A stretch of DNA of 41,656 nt, taken from positions 1 to 41,656 of the forward strand of contig JANRJA010000166.1 of assembly GCA_033764315.1 (NCBI GenBank). Reading direction: 5' to 3'. Numbering within the stretch: position 1 is the first letter of the stretch; each line of letters begins with the position of its first letter. This DNA comes from Oculatellaceae cyanobacterium bins.114 (GTDB taxonomy: Bacteria > Cyanobacteriota > Cyanobacteriia > Elainellales > Elainellaceae). The notes under the pieces are model-generated. The model was not told the origin of the DNA. It saw only the letters and a program-made list of their open reading frames with translations, and searched no databases. Below, in pieces: positions 8,664-17,049 of the stretch. A program made the position numbers and the translations under genes.

Positions 8664-9914
8664 TTGATAGAATCAGTTCAAAACAACAGCGGTATATCCC
8701 AATCAAAATTCATGCTAGATGCATCCACTCGCTTCATTCAGCTCGCTAATATGATCACTGACAGGGTTGCCGAATTATTGTATGCCCCTGTTTTAGTGAC
8801 CAATAACCAAGGAGTGGTCATTACCAGTAGTGAGCCTGAACAGGTTGGGCTTTCTCTCAATTGGGAGAAAAGTGGAAAAGTATTAACGAATTGTTTGAGG
8901 ATTCCATTGCACCACGAAACAGAAGTCGGTGAGGTGATTGTAGGCAAATCACTTGATCAAGAATCTATCTCACCTCGGCTTGCTCAAGCTCTGGTTGAAT
9001 TAGTAATTAATCAAACCACTACTCAAAAACCGTTACCCAGTCAACATGAGCTTAAAAATCAACTGATTAATGATTTATTACAGGGTCGAATTTGGAATGA
9101 AATGATTATTCTAAATCGAGCTAAGTCTTTAGGGATCGATTTAACTCCGCCCAGAGCCGTTATTTTAATTGATGCGACAGATTATGTCTCTCGTCATGTC
9201 AGTACACCCGATCCATTGGCCAGAGACATAGAGTCAGAAAGACGAACTCAAATTGTGATCAATAGTATTGTCAGTTTCTTTCATTTACCTAATGACACCA
9301 TTTGTGCCAATTTGGGACAGGGACAAGTCTGTGTTTTAAAAGCAAGTGATACTAAGAACCTGGATTTATGGGCAGACTGCAATGATGTTTCAAAAGGGTT
9401 GGGGTCATCATGGGCAAACTTAACCGCTCTCAAGCGAGCCGCAGATGCTTTGTTGGTGAGGCTGTGTAGTGACTTGAGTGCTGCTGTTAATATTGGCATT
9501 GGACGTTATCATCCTGGGATTCAAGGATTAGCTCACTCCTACGAAGATGCTCGTGCGGCTTTGTCGCTGGGGAGTCGCTTTTTAGGGTACAACCGAGTGC
9601 ATTGTTTGGGGGAGTTAGGGATCGCTGCCTTCATCGGGGTAGCGGATGAAAGTACTAAGGTTGATCTAGCAAAGTATTTGTTAAGCCCACTCGATCATGA
9701 GCCTGAGTTGTTGACTACTTTAGATGTCTTCTTTAGTGAGAGTTGTTGCCCCTCCTCAACTGCAAAACGGTTATCGATTCACCGCAACACCCTTAGCTAC
9801 AGATTAGACAAAATCGTCTCTTTGACCGGCCTAGAACCCCGGCAATTTGACGATGCCGTTCAAATGCGTTTGGCATTGCTATTGCGATCGCTGCAATCTG
9901 CACTGCCAAGTTAA
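8664..9914 (+). CDS. CdaR/PucR-family transcriptional regulator
   Basis: C-terminal HTH TAKRLSIHRNTLSYRLDKIVSLTG; GGDEF-like middle domain (IGIGRYHPGIQGLAHSYEDARAAL); CdaR-like N-terminus. TTG start; alternative ATG at 8712. Confidence 0.92.
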   Translation: MIESVQNNSGISQSKFMLDASTRFIQLANMITDRVAELLYAPVLVTNNQGVVITSSEPEQVGLSLNWEKSGKVLTNCLRIPLHHETEVGEVIVGKSLDQESISPRLAQALVELVINQTTTQKPLPSQHELKNQLINDLLQGRIWNEMIILNRAKSLGIDLTPPRAVILIDATDYVSRHVSTPDPLARDIESERRTQIVINSIVSFFHLPNDTICANLGQGQVCVLKASDTKNLDLWADCNDVSKGLGSSWANLTALKRAADALLVRLCSDLSAAVNIGIGRYHPGIQGLAHSYEDARAALSLGSRFLGYNRVHCLGELGIAAFIGVADESTKVDLAKYLLSPLDHEPELLTTLDVFFSESCCPSSTAKRLSIHRNTLSYRLDKIVSLTGLEPRQFDDAVQMRLALLLRSLQSALPS

Positions 9915-9974
9915 GCAATTCTGGGCACAGGTTAGGAGTCAAAACGCATCTTACAGTTCATGACATCCACCGAC

Positions 9975-12077
9975 TTAAGTCCGAATTAGCAATTGCTTGA
10001 CTAGTTGCTTTGTCGATTCTACAGAGGGCAATTGAATGCGTGGAATCTCTGTTGTTTTTGTACCGTAAACAACCATGCGATCGCCTCCATCTGCCGAAAC
10101 TCTTGCCATCGCCACTTTTCCAGTAATGCGATCGCCATTGAGCAGCACGTCTACAGGGTTAATTTTGCCCAGTTGCATGACTGCTTTTTCACCGTCATAA
10201 AAGCTCACCTGAACTAAACTCTGTTCGATCCGAAAGTCTGTCACCAATTGCATCAACTGCTCAATGGAAGTTTCACCAATCTTCCCATAAACCATACTCG
10301 CTAAGTAAATTGTCCGTTCGCCTGTGCTCTTGTAACACAATGCCGGAATCATGCTGTGGGCATATCTAGGATTACCATCTTGTAGCTCATTGCCCCAAAT
10401 CGTATAAGCTTTTGACTGGTGAGTGTAACCATAGAGGTTTCGGAGAAAGCTTATCTTGCTATTGTGATAAACCGCCTCTGCACCTGGAATAGAAATCACT
10501 CTGACCGCCTCTGTTTCATCCTTGTTAAAGCCTAAAGGATACCCACCCTCTCGAAAAAATAAGGGTTTACGAGTTTCAATGCGATGAACATTGATCATGA
10601 AATCATCTTTAACCAGGACATAGGAATAGCTAAGACCTATCCTCTTATTACCTGGTAGCCAATATCTCGAAGCTGTAAAGTTTTTCTCACAGAATAAGGG
10701 TTTCATTCCCCATCGCTGTTCATACTGCACTCCATCTTGAGAAAACGTCAATGCATTGTCACAGTTGTAATTGTGTTCCACTGAGCGAGGTTCATAAGTA
10801 AACACTGACGAGTAAGCAAAGTTGTTATATTTCTTCCTCGATTTGTAATTTTTCTGAGAAGACTTTTGATTAATCAGTTGTACATGACCCGTTTCTTTGT
10901 TGCCTAATAACAAGAAACCAGGTGATTTGATAGGAACCGAGAAATTCTCAGAATGAATAGCTAACGGTTCTTCGGGAACCTGCCAAAACGGATGAGAGTT
11001 AGGGAGCAGAAAAAGATTAAATGCCTTGCCAGCCCAATAAGGAGAACCCCCACAGGAGTAGCTTTCTAACATAGAAGCACAAGGGCGTAAATACCCTAAG
11101 CTCAGGTGTAAATCCTCCGTTAATATGCCATTTTCAAAAAAGACTTTAGTTCCCATGTTGTACATGGTCTTGATTTCGCCCATCGATAAATCAATACAGT
11201 TGAGGTATACCCCCAACGCAATAGGAGCCAGGTAAGCAAACCGATAGGTCATCGATCTGCCAAAACAAGGAGTAGTGCCATCACCTGCAAAGAAATAACG
11301 AAAGTTATGCATAAACTGACGCATTCTATCCAGATGAAGCTGTGCTAAATCGGGTTGAGAGTCTCCATCTAAAATGACCCACATTAGATGGTAATAGTGA
11401 AAACCCCAAGCGTTGTAATAATCAAAGTGATTTTCTTTAGTTCCATCACGATACCAGCCATCTCCCACATACATCTCGTTGCACGCTTGGAGCTTTGTAT
11501 GAATTTGCTCAGGAGAATAAGACATTCCTAAGCGTTTCAAAACCGTGTTGGTGATCACATCAAAAAGTAACCAATTGGTCTCATTAGACTGTACCTGGTT
11601 GCACTGCAACAGATAATTGGCAATTTGTTGTTTCTCTTGACTAGAATACCGATCCCAAATTTGGGCTTTTGATAAATACAAAGACCACGCCAAGGAGGCA
11701 CATTCCACCAGATTTTGGGATTGATTGCCGATCGCCCCCCAATAGTCAGGGTGGTGAGGGTCAGTTCCAGCTAATAGCCCTTCTTGGTAAAACTCAGCTA
11801 GATCAACCCTTGTTCCATCTAAATCGACCTGGCTGGGTTGATTTGCATGCAACCACGGCCCTACCATAATGAACGATCTGGCGAATCCCTCTAACCCATC
11901 TGAGTCGCGGCGTTCACGATGGATTGTAGGAATCCACACGTGAGCTTTGCTCTCTGAGGCGTGAGTCAAAATTCCTTTCAACAAAACTAGAAACAGTTCT
12001 TCCCAATGGTGTCGAGTCCATCCTGTCATCTTTGACTGAGTGTAGTTTAAAGGAGATGACCACTGTATTATTTTCAT
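9975..12077 (-). CDS. DUF2264-domain protein (GH154-like putative glycoside hydrolase)
   Basis: DGLEGFARSF, GTDPHHPDYWG, QNLVECA, NWLLF, YVGDGWYRDG, FDYYN, FGRSMTYRFA, ESYSCGGSPYWA. Confidence 0.85.
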   Translation of the reverse strand: MKIIQWSSPLNYTQSKMTGWTRHHWEELFLVLLKGILTHASESKAHVWIPTIHRERRDSDGLEGFARSFIMVGPWLHANQPSQVDLDGTRVDLAEFYQEGLLAGTDPHHPDYWGAIGNQSQNLVECASLAWSLYLSKAQIWDRYSSQEKQQIANYLLQCNQVQSNETNWLLFDVITNTVLKRLGMSYSPEQIHTKLQACNEMYVGDGWYRDGTKENHFDYYNAWGFHYYHLMWVILDGDSQPDLAQLHLDRMRQFMHNFRYFFAGDGTTPCFGRSMTYRFAYLAPIALGVYLNCIDLSMGEIKTMYNMGTKVFFENGILTEDLHLSLGYLRPCASMLESYSCGGSPYWAGKAFNLFLLPNSHPFWQVPEEPLAIHSENFSVPIKSPGFLLLGNKETGHVQLINQKSSQKNYKSRKKYNNFAYSSVFTYEPRSVEHNYNCDNALTFSQDGVQYEQRWGMKPLFCEKNFTASRYWLPGNKRIGLSYSYVLVKDDFMINVHRIETRKPLFFREGGYPLGFNKDETEAVRVISIPGAEAVYHNSKISFLRNLYGYTHQSKAYTIWGNELQDGNPRYAHSMIPALCYKSTGERTIYLASMVYGKIGETSIEQLMQLVTDFRIEQSLVQVSFYDGEKAVMQLGKINPVDVLLNGDRITGKVAMARVSADGGDRMVVYGTKTTEIPRIQLPSVESTKQLVKQLLIRT

Positions 12078-12364
12078 GTTGTGTTATTAGGTTGATTTTC
12101 TCTATCAAGTAACAGATGCAGAAATCGCAATAGTCGCGAATTGTTCTATTAATGTTTCAGAAGAACCTTGAAAGGTGGCACGCTTTTGTGTAGAGATAGT
12201 GTTACGTCATTAATGTTCCACGTTTTTTATAATTGACTTAGAGTTATTTATTTCAGAAACTTTAGTCACGCCAATAACGTCACACATTACTATTTTTATT
12301 TCTGCTAAACTGTGTTTTTTTAGCTCAGATTTTCCTTCAAGTTACTTTAAGAGAAAAATTCTTC

Positions 12365-12402
12365 AAAAAAAAGCGCAGAGGTCAAACAGGAACTTTGCGC
12401 TT
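12365..12402 (-). terminator. Rho-independent terminator after the 186-aa lipoprotein gene
   Basis: AAGCGCAGAG...CTTTGCGCTT stem with a minus-strand T-run. Confidence 0.6.
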
Positions 12403-12490
12403 CATCGGTGAGTGATATCTTGAGAGTGAATGAGTACTAAAAGTAGCGATTGACAGTCAAGCAGGGCGATCGCTCCAGTTATTTTTGGGT

Positions 12491-13051
12491 TTACTTTGCG
12501 GCATTGATATCTTGGTCTTCACCTGCTTGCTCAAGGGTGAAATCAGCATTGTCATTGAGGAACTCAGAGGCATCTTTAAATTGTTGCCCCACTTTCTCAA
12601 GAATCTTTTCGTCAGGGTCACTCCGATTGATGATCCCTTGACGCTCTGCTGGAATCGGCTCTGGTTTGAGTGCTTCACCTCTGGGACCAATGTCAGCTTT
12701 ATTAGTGCTAGTTGCACTAGAGCCAGGATAAAGCAAGTCAGAGGCGTTGCTTTTAATATCAGCACTGTTGCTGGCAATGAGTTGATTTAAGTCAAAACGG
12801 CCACTTCTTAAGTTGCTATCTTGATGCTTTACTTGCGGGTCAGTTGACATCTGGTAGTCTGTATAACCATCTCCACCCATTGAGTGGGGGTTATTATTGC
12901 CGCCCATCTGCACTGGCGGAACCTCTGGGCGCGCGCCCTGAAGATTGCCTGTGTTGCAAGCGGTACTAAACAGCAACGCGACTCCCACTACAACCAGAGA
13001 GACAACCTGCCGCAACCTTAAATTTTTGAGAAATGAGACCAATCTGCTCAT
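12491..13051 (-). CDS. Putative lipoprotein of unknown function (186 aa), low-complexity hydrophilic body
   Basis: LRLRQVVSLVVVGVALLFSTAC signal with lipobox; PPVQMGGNNNPH motif; SD AGGAG. Confidence 0.85.
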   Translation of the reverse strand: MSRLVSFLKNLRLRQVVSLVVVGVALLFSTACNTGNLQGARPEVPPVQMGGNNNPHSMGGDGYTDYQMSTDPQVKHQDSNLRSGRFDLNQLIASNSADIKSNASDLLYPGSSATSTNKADIGPRGEALKPEPIPAERQGIINRSDPDEKILEKVGQQFKDASEFLNDNADFTLEQAGEDQDINAAK

Positions 13052-13139
13052 AGAAGGCTCCTGAATGATCCAAACAAGGATTCAAGCGATCGCTATAACG
13101 CTCAACTCGTAAGGAATCCACTTTACGAACTACACATAA

Positions 13140-13237
13140 AGCTTAGAGATAGCGATAAAATTTTACCTCTGACAAAAGTTATAAATTAGGAATTCAGCGA
13201 GTCATGATTGAATTCTTAAAATCCATCTTAAGTAGGA
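13140..13237 (-). promoter_or_regulatory. Putative lipoprotein promoter with two shared palindromes
   Basis: TCTGAC-AAAA-GTTATA (13168-13183), 22 nt gap, minus-strand TAAGCT (13145-13140); second copy TCCATC-TTAA-GTAGGA (13222-13237). Confidence 0.55.
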
Positions 13238-13249
13238 AGCATTCATCCC

Positions 13250-13280
13250 AAAAAATTAGGGAAGTGGTACCACTTCCCTA
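13250..13280 (-). terminator. Terminator-like perfect 24-bp palindrome after the hemerythrin gene
   Basis: TAGGGAAGTGGTACCACTTCCCTA (13257-13280) followed by a minus-strand T-run, 24 nt after the stop. Confidence 0.65.
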
Positions 13281-13304
13281 GTTGCACCCTTGCAACAGTA
13301 ACCC

Positions 13305-13784
13305 TTAACGCTTGGCTAACGCTTCCTCAACCTCTAATTCCATTCTGCCTTTTGCTGCCTGGAATTCTTGCCCTAATTCCTGCAACTCTTGCTCACCCAT
13401 ACACCCACGAACTGCCTCAAAGATTTCGCTTTCTTCTTCTTCTACGTGGTGTGTGACAGATTCTTTGAGATGCATCATTCTGGTTTTGAATTCAGAGCCA
13501 TTAGGTTCCAGCGTCTTCATCTCTTCGAGTAAGATTTTAACCGAGTTGTGCTCTTCTTCGGCTTCTTCAATATACTCTTGAGTGTCTTCATACTCTTGCA
13601 TTGCCGGATAAAACACGAGTTCTTCGGCATAGGCGTGCAGGTTCAACTCTTTGTAAATCTGGTCAAAACACTCCTGGACTTTTTTTGCACCTTTAGCACT
13701 TTCGGCTTCGGTAAATAATTTCTCTACAGTGCGGTGATCTGCTTCGATCAGTGCCAAGATATCGGTCGCTTTTGTTTTAGCCAT
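13305..13784 (-). CDS. Hemerythrin (HHE cation-binding) domain protein
   Basis: EADHRTV, LHAYAEELVFYP, EEEH, HHVEEEESEIF metal-ligand motifs; ATG 13784 has an SD-like GGGGA (alternative ATG 13799). Confidence 0.92.
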   Translation of the reverse strand: MAKTKATDILALIEADHRTVEKLFTEAESAKGAKKVQECFDQIYKELNLHAYAEELVFYPAMQEYEDTQEYIEEAEEEHNSVKILLEEMKTLEPNGSEFKTRMMHLKESVTHHVEEEESEIFEAVRGCMGEQELQELGQEFQAAKGRMELEVEEALAKR

Positions 13785-13995
13785 CTGTCTATTCCCCATT
13801 GTTAAACAATTTCAAAAGTTTTTTAAGACGTTTCAGATTGCATTTCTAAGTCCACTATTGACACATCCATCAATCAGTAAACTAATCATTTAAGCTTGAC
13901 ATTTTAAAGGGAATCAGTTCATCAACCATTTGACTGACATACTCCTATGCTTTAAGCAGTTAAGCCTAATCGTAAAGAGCACAAATTGGGCTAAT

Positions 13996-14038
13996 ATATT
14001 ATTTTTAGTAGAGCTATTAGAACCCTCCTCAAGATAGA
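13996..14038 (-). promoter_or_regulatory. Shared palindrome in the hemerythrin / GT9-cluster divergent region
   Basis: CCCTCC-TCAA-GATAGA (14023-14038), 21 nt gap, minus-strand TAATAT (14001-13996). Confidence 0.5.
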
Positions 14039-14049
14039 TTTTGAGGCGT

Positions 14050-14241
14050 TTGTGCAATTGCCCAATAAAGTACACCAAGATGATTTATTTCTTTATGCAA
14101 TTGCCTAATGAATTCACAAAATTGAATAGTTAGGATGACGTTATGTGGTTTCTTCACATAGCAGATTTATTGTTCATCGCACGTCAGATTTGAGTTGAGA
14201 TATTTGAGCTTTAGAACAACTCTCTTTGTGCAATTGAACGA
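14050..14241 (+). promoter_or_regulatory. Three imperfect palindromes; candidate CdaR/PucR operators
   Basis: TTGTGCAATTGCCCAA (14050-14065), TTATGCAATTGCCTAA (14093-14108), TTGTGCAATTGAACGA (14226-14241). Confidence 0.6.
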
Positions 14242-14289
14242 ATCAGGTTTTGTCATTTTATTTTGTTTATTTGTCGGTAGTAGGTCGAG

Positions 14290-15399
14290 ATGGAAACGCG
14301 TCTCAGCAACAATTATCGATTGCAACACCCACTGCCCAAACAGATTGTGGTTGTGCGATCGCTCCCTGGGTTGGGCGATCTCCTCTGTTGCATTCCAGCT
14401 ATCCGAGCACTGCGGGCTGCTCTGCCAGAGGCTCACCTAACACTGATTGGGTTGCCTTGGGCAAAATCGTTTGTGCAGCGGTTTGGGCACTACTTTGATG
14501 AGTTCTTAGAATTTCCCGGTTGCCCTGGAATTCCAGAAGTGGTCTTAGAGCCTGACCAGATCGTTGCCTTTTTAGCCCAGGCACAACACCGTAATTTTGA
14601 CCTGGCATTGCAATTGCATGGCACTGGCACCTCTATCAATCACTTTGTCATGTTGTTGGGGGCAAAACAAGCGGCAGGCTTCTTTCCCAAAGGACAGTAT
14701 TGCCCTGATCCACAGCGTTTTCTGCCCTATCCAGAGCACGAACCAGAAGTGTGGCGACATCTTCGATTACTAGAGTTTTTGGGGATACCGTTGCAGGGAG
14801 ATGATTTGGAATTTCCCATCCACGAGTCTGATTGGCAAGATTGGCAGACGATCGCCACAGAACACAATCTCAGACCGGGTCGTTATGTGTGCATTCACCC
14901 TGGAGCCAGTATCAAGGCTCGACGCTGGGCACCCGAATATTTTGCGCTAGTCGCAGACGCACTGGCAGCACAGGGATGGCAAATCGTTTTGACGGGTACG
15001 GCGGCTGAAGCTGATTTGACGCAAATCGTAGCTGAAACGATGCGTGCTCCAGTTGTAAATCTGGCGGGCCAAACCCACTTGGGGGCGATCGCTGCTCTGT
15101 TGAGTCAGGCGCAACTATTAGTTTGCAATGATACAGGGGTTTCCCATTTGGCTGCTGCACTGCGAGTCAGGAGCGTGGTGATTTTCTCCAATTCTGATCC
15201 CCATCGTTGGGCTCCTCTCGATCGTCAGCGTCATCGCGTCGTGGTGGATGCAGCTTTGTTGCGGCATCAGGTGCAGTGGGGGAATGAGGGTGTTGTGCAA
15301 CAGGCCATCGCCCCTGACTTTTGTTTTCCAGCCACCCCTGTTGTCGTATTAGCACAAGCCCTAGAAATACTGCATCAGGAGGTGCCCCATGCATCCTGA
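14290..15399 (+). CDS. Glycosyltransferase family 9 (ADP-heptose heptosyltransferase-like)
   Basis: RSLPGLGDLLC, FDLALQLHG, IHPGASIKARRW, VCNDTGVSHLAAAL. Confidence 0.93.
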   Translation: METRLSNNYRLQHPLPKQIVVVRSLPGLGDLLCCIPAIRALRAALPEAHLTLIGLPWAKSFVQRFGHYFDEFLEFPGCPGIPEVVLEPDQIVAFLAQAQHRNFDLALQLHGTGTSINHFVMLLGAKQAAGFFPKGQYCPDPQRFLPYPEHEPEVWRHLRLLEFLGIPLQGDDLEFPIHESDWQDWQTIATEHNLRPGRYVCIHPGASIKARRWAPEYFALVADALAAQGWQIVLTGTAAEADLTQIVAETMRAPVVNLAGQTHLGAIAALLSQAQLLVCNDTGVSHLAAALRVRSVVIFSNSDPHRWAPLDRQRHRVVVDAALLRHQVQWGNEGVVQQAIAPDFCFPATPVVVLAQALEILHQEVPHAS

Positions 15400-15961
15400 G
15401 GATTGGCGTGCCGTGGGCCGTTTGCTGGTGGTGGGGGGTAATCCGCAACCAGCGGAGGTGCTTTCTCTTCACGCTGCTCTGTCATTCGTGAGACGTGCCC
15501 TACCTGAGGTTGACCTGACAGTGTTAACCGTGGAGACATTAGACCTTGAGGCTTTGCAAGCGATGCAAATAGAGGCGATCGCCCTAGTTGACCGAGAGAG
15601 GTCTGATCAAGATTTACAACCTACCGATTCCTCTGCCTACAACACCCCTCTTGATCAAGGAAGCAGAGCAGATCTGATGCAGCAGGCTAAACCGCTCATT
15701 CAACACTTGGGCGATCGCAGATTTGATGCTGCCCTGATCTTCACGACTCCGACCCAATCTCCCTATGCCTGGGCTTATCTCTGTTATTTAGCAGGGATTC
15801 CCATTCGCATTGGGCAGTCTCAAGAGTTTGGTGGAAGAGTGTTATCAACCTGGGTTTCGCCTCCATTAGAAGAGGTTTCCACCACTGAATATTATCTGCA
15901 CTTATTACAATCGATCCGTTTAACCGCAACTCAAAAATCTCAACCTCAGCTTGTAGTTTAA
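15389..15961 (+). CDS. Stand-alone GT9 N-terminal half-domain protein (190 aa)
   Basis: FDAALIFTTPTQSPYAWAYLCYLAGIPIRIG matches the GT9 paralogues at 22033 and 25150; no C-terminal domain; SD AGGAGG and 11-nt overlap with the upstream gene. Confidence 0.8.
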   Translation: MHPEDWRAVGRLLVVGGNPQPAEVLSLHAALSFVRRALPEVDLTVLTVETLDLEALQAMQIEAIALVDRERSDQDLQPTDSSAYNTPLDQGSRADLMQQAKPLIQHLGDRRFDAALIFTTPTQSPYAWAYLCYLAGIPIRIGQSQEFGGRVLSTWVSPPLEEVSTTEYYLHLLQSIRLTATQKSQPQLVV

Positions 15962-16022
15962 TTCAAACCCGCATTCAGATTAATCACTCAAAACACCATT
16001 CAAAAATTACATTAAACTCTTT

Positions 16023-16988
16023 ATGCCGCTACGAATTTTAACCTGGCACGTTCACGGAAGTTATCTCTACTATTTGACTCAAGCCCCTCATGAGTTTTAT
16101 TTGCCGGTGAAGCCGGGTAAACCAGAGGGATATGGAGGGCGATCGGGCAATTTTCCTTGGGGTGATAATGTTCACGACATTGCAGCCGATGAAGTACGGC
16201 ATCAGTCGTTTGATTGCATCTTATTTCAGTCACGTCGCAACTATTTACAAGACCAATACGAGATTTTATCCCTGACTCAGCAACAACTGCCTCGGTTATA
16301 TCTGGAGCACGATCCCCCGCGTGAGCACCCCACCGATACGCCACACATTGTAGATGATCCAGCCATCTTGCTGGTTCATGTCACCCACTTTAATCGCCTC
16401 ATGTGGGATAACGGACAGACCCCAACCTGTGTGATCGAGCATGGTGTGATGGTGCCAGACCATGTGCACTACAGCGGTGAACTGGATTGTGGCATTGTCG
16501 TCATCAACGGTTTGAAAAAGCGGGGTCGTCGCCTGGGAGCCGATTTGTTTGAACAGGTTCGACGCACTATTCCCCTGGATCTCGTCGGTATGGATGCAGA
16601 ATCGCTGGGCGGATTGGGTGACATAGCCCATACCCAACTCCCTCCCTTTGAAGCACGCTATCGATTTTTCTTTCACCCCGTTCGTTACACCAGTTTGGGA
16701 CTGGCGGTATGTGAGGCAATGATGCTGGGCTTACCCATTATTGGCCCTGCCACAACAGAACTGGTGACTGTGGTCGAGAACGATATTTCTGGCTATGTCC
16801 ACACGGATGTAGAGGTTTTGATCGAGCATATGCAAGCTTTATTAGCCGACCCAGCAAAGGCACGGCGATTAAGTGCAGGAGCCAGAGACCAAGCACGATC
16901 GCGCTTTCACATTACCCGATTTGTCCAGGATTGGAATGATGCATTTGAACGGGTGGTCAGTCGTCCACTCATGCCCGCGGCGGGATGA
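16023..16988 (+). CDS. Glycosyltransferase, GT4-like
   Basis: C-terminal PVRYTSLGLAVCEAMMLGLPII and VENDISGYV of the GT-B donor domain; N-terminal ILTWHVHGSYL. Confidence 0.85.
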   Translation: MPLRILTWHVHGSYLYYLTQAPHEFYLPVKPGKPEGYGGRSGNFPWGDNVHDIAADEVRHQSFDCILFQSRRNYLQDQYEILSLTQQQLPRLYLEHDPPREHPTDTPHIVDDPAILLVHVTHFNRLMWDNGQTPTCVIEHGVMVPDHVHYSGELDCGIVVINGLKKRGRRLGADLFEQVRRTIPLDLVGMDAESLGGLGDIAHTQLPPFEARYRFFFHPVRYTSLGLAVCEAMMLGLPIIGPATTELVTVVENDISGYVHTDVEVLIEHMQALLADPAKARRLSAGARDQARSRFHITRFVQDWNDAFERVVSRPLMPAAG

Positions 16989-17049
16989 ACTTGCAGGAGC
17001 TTTGTAGTGCCTTCCTCTCAATCACAGTCAACCTTTTACCCATCAAATC

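Noticed and set aside
14167..14498. ORFs 14167-14436, 14195-14440 and 14250-14498
   Set aside because: They overlap the operator region and the GT9 start and have no protein-like features.
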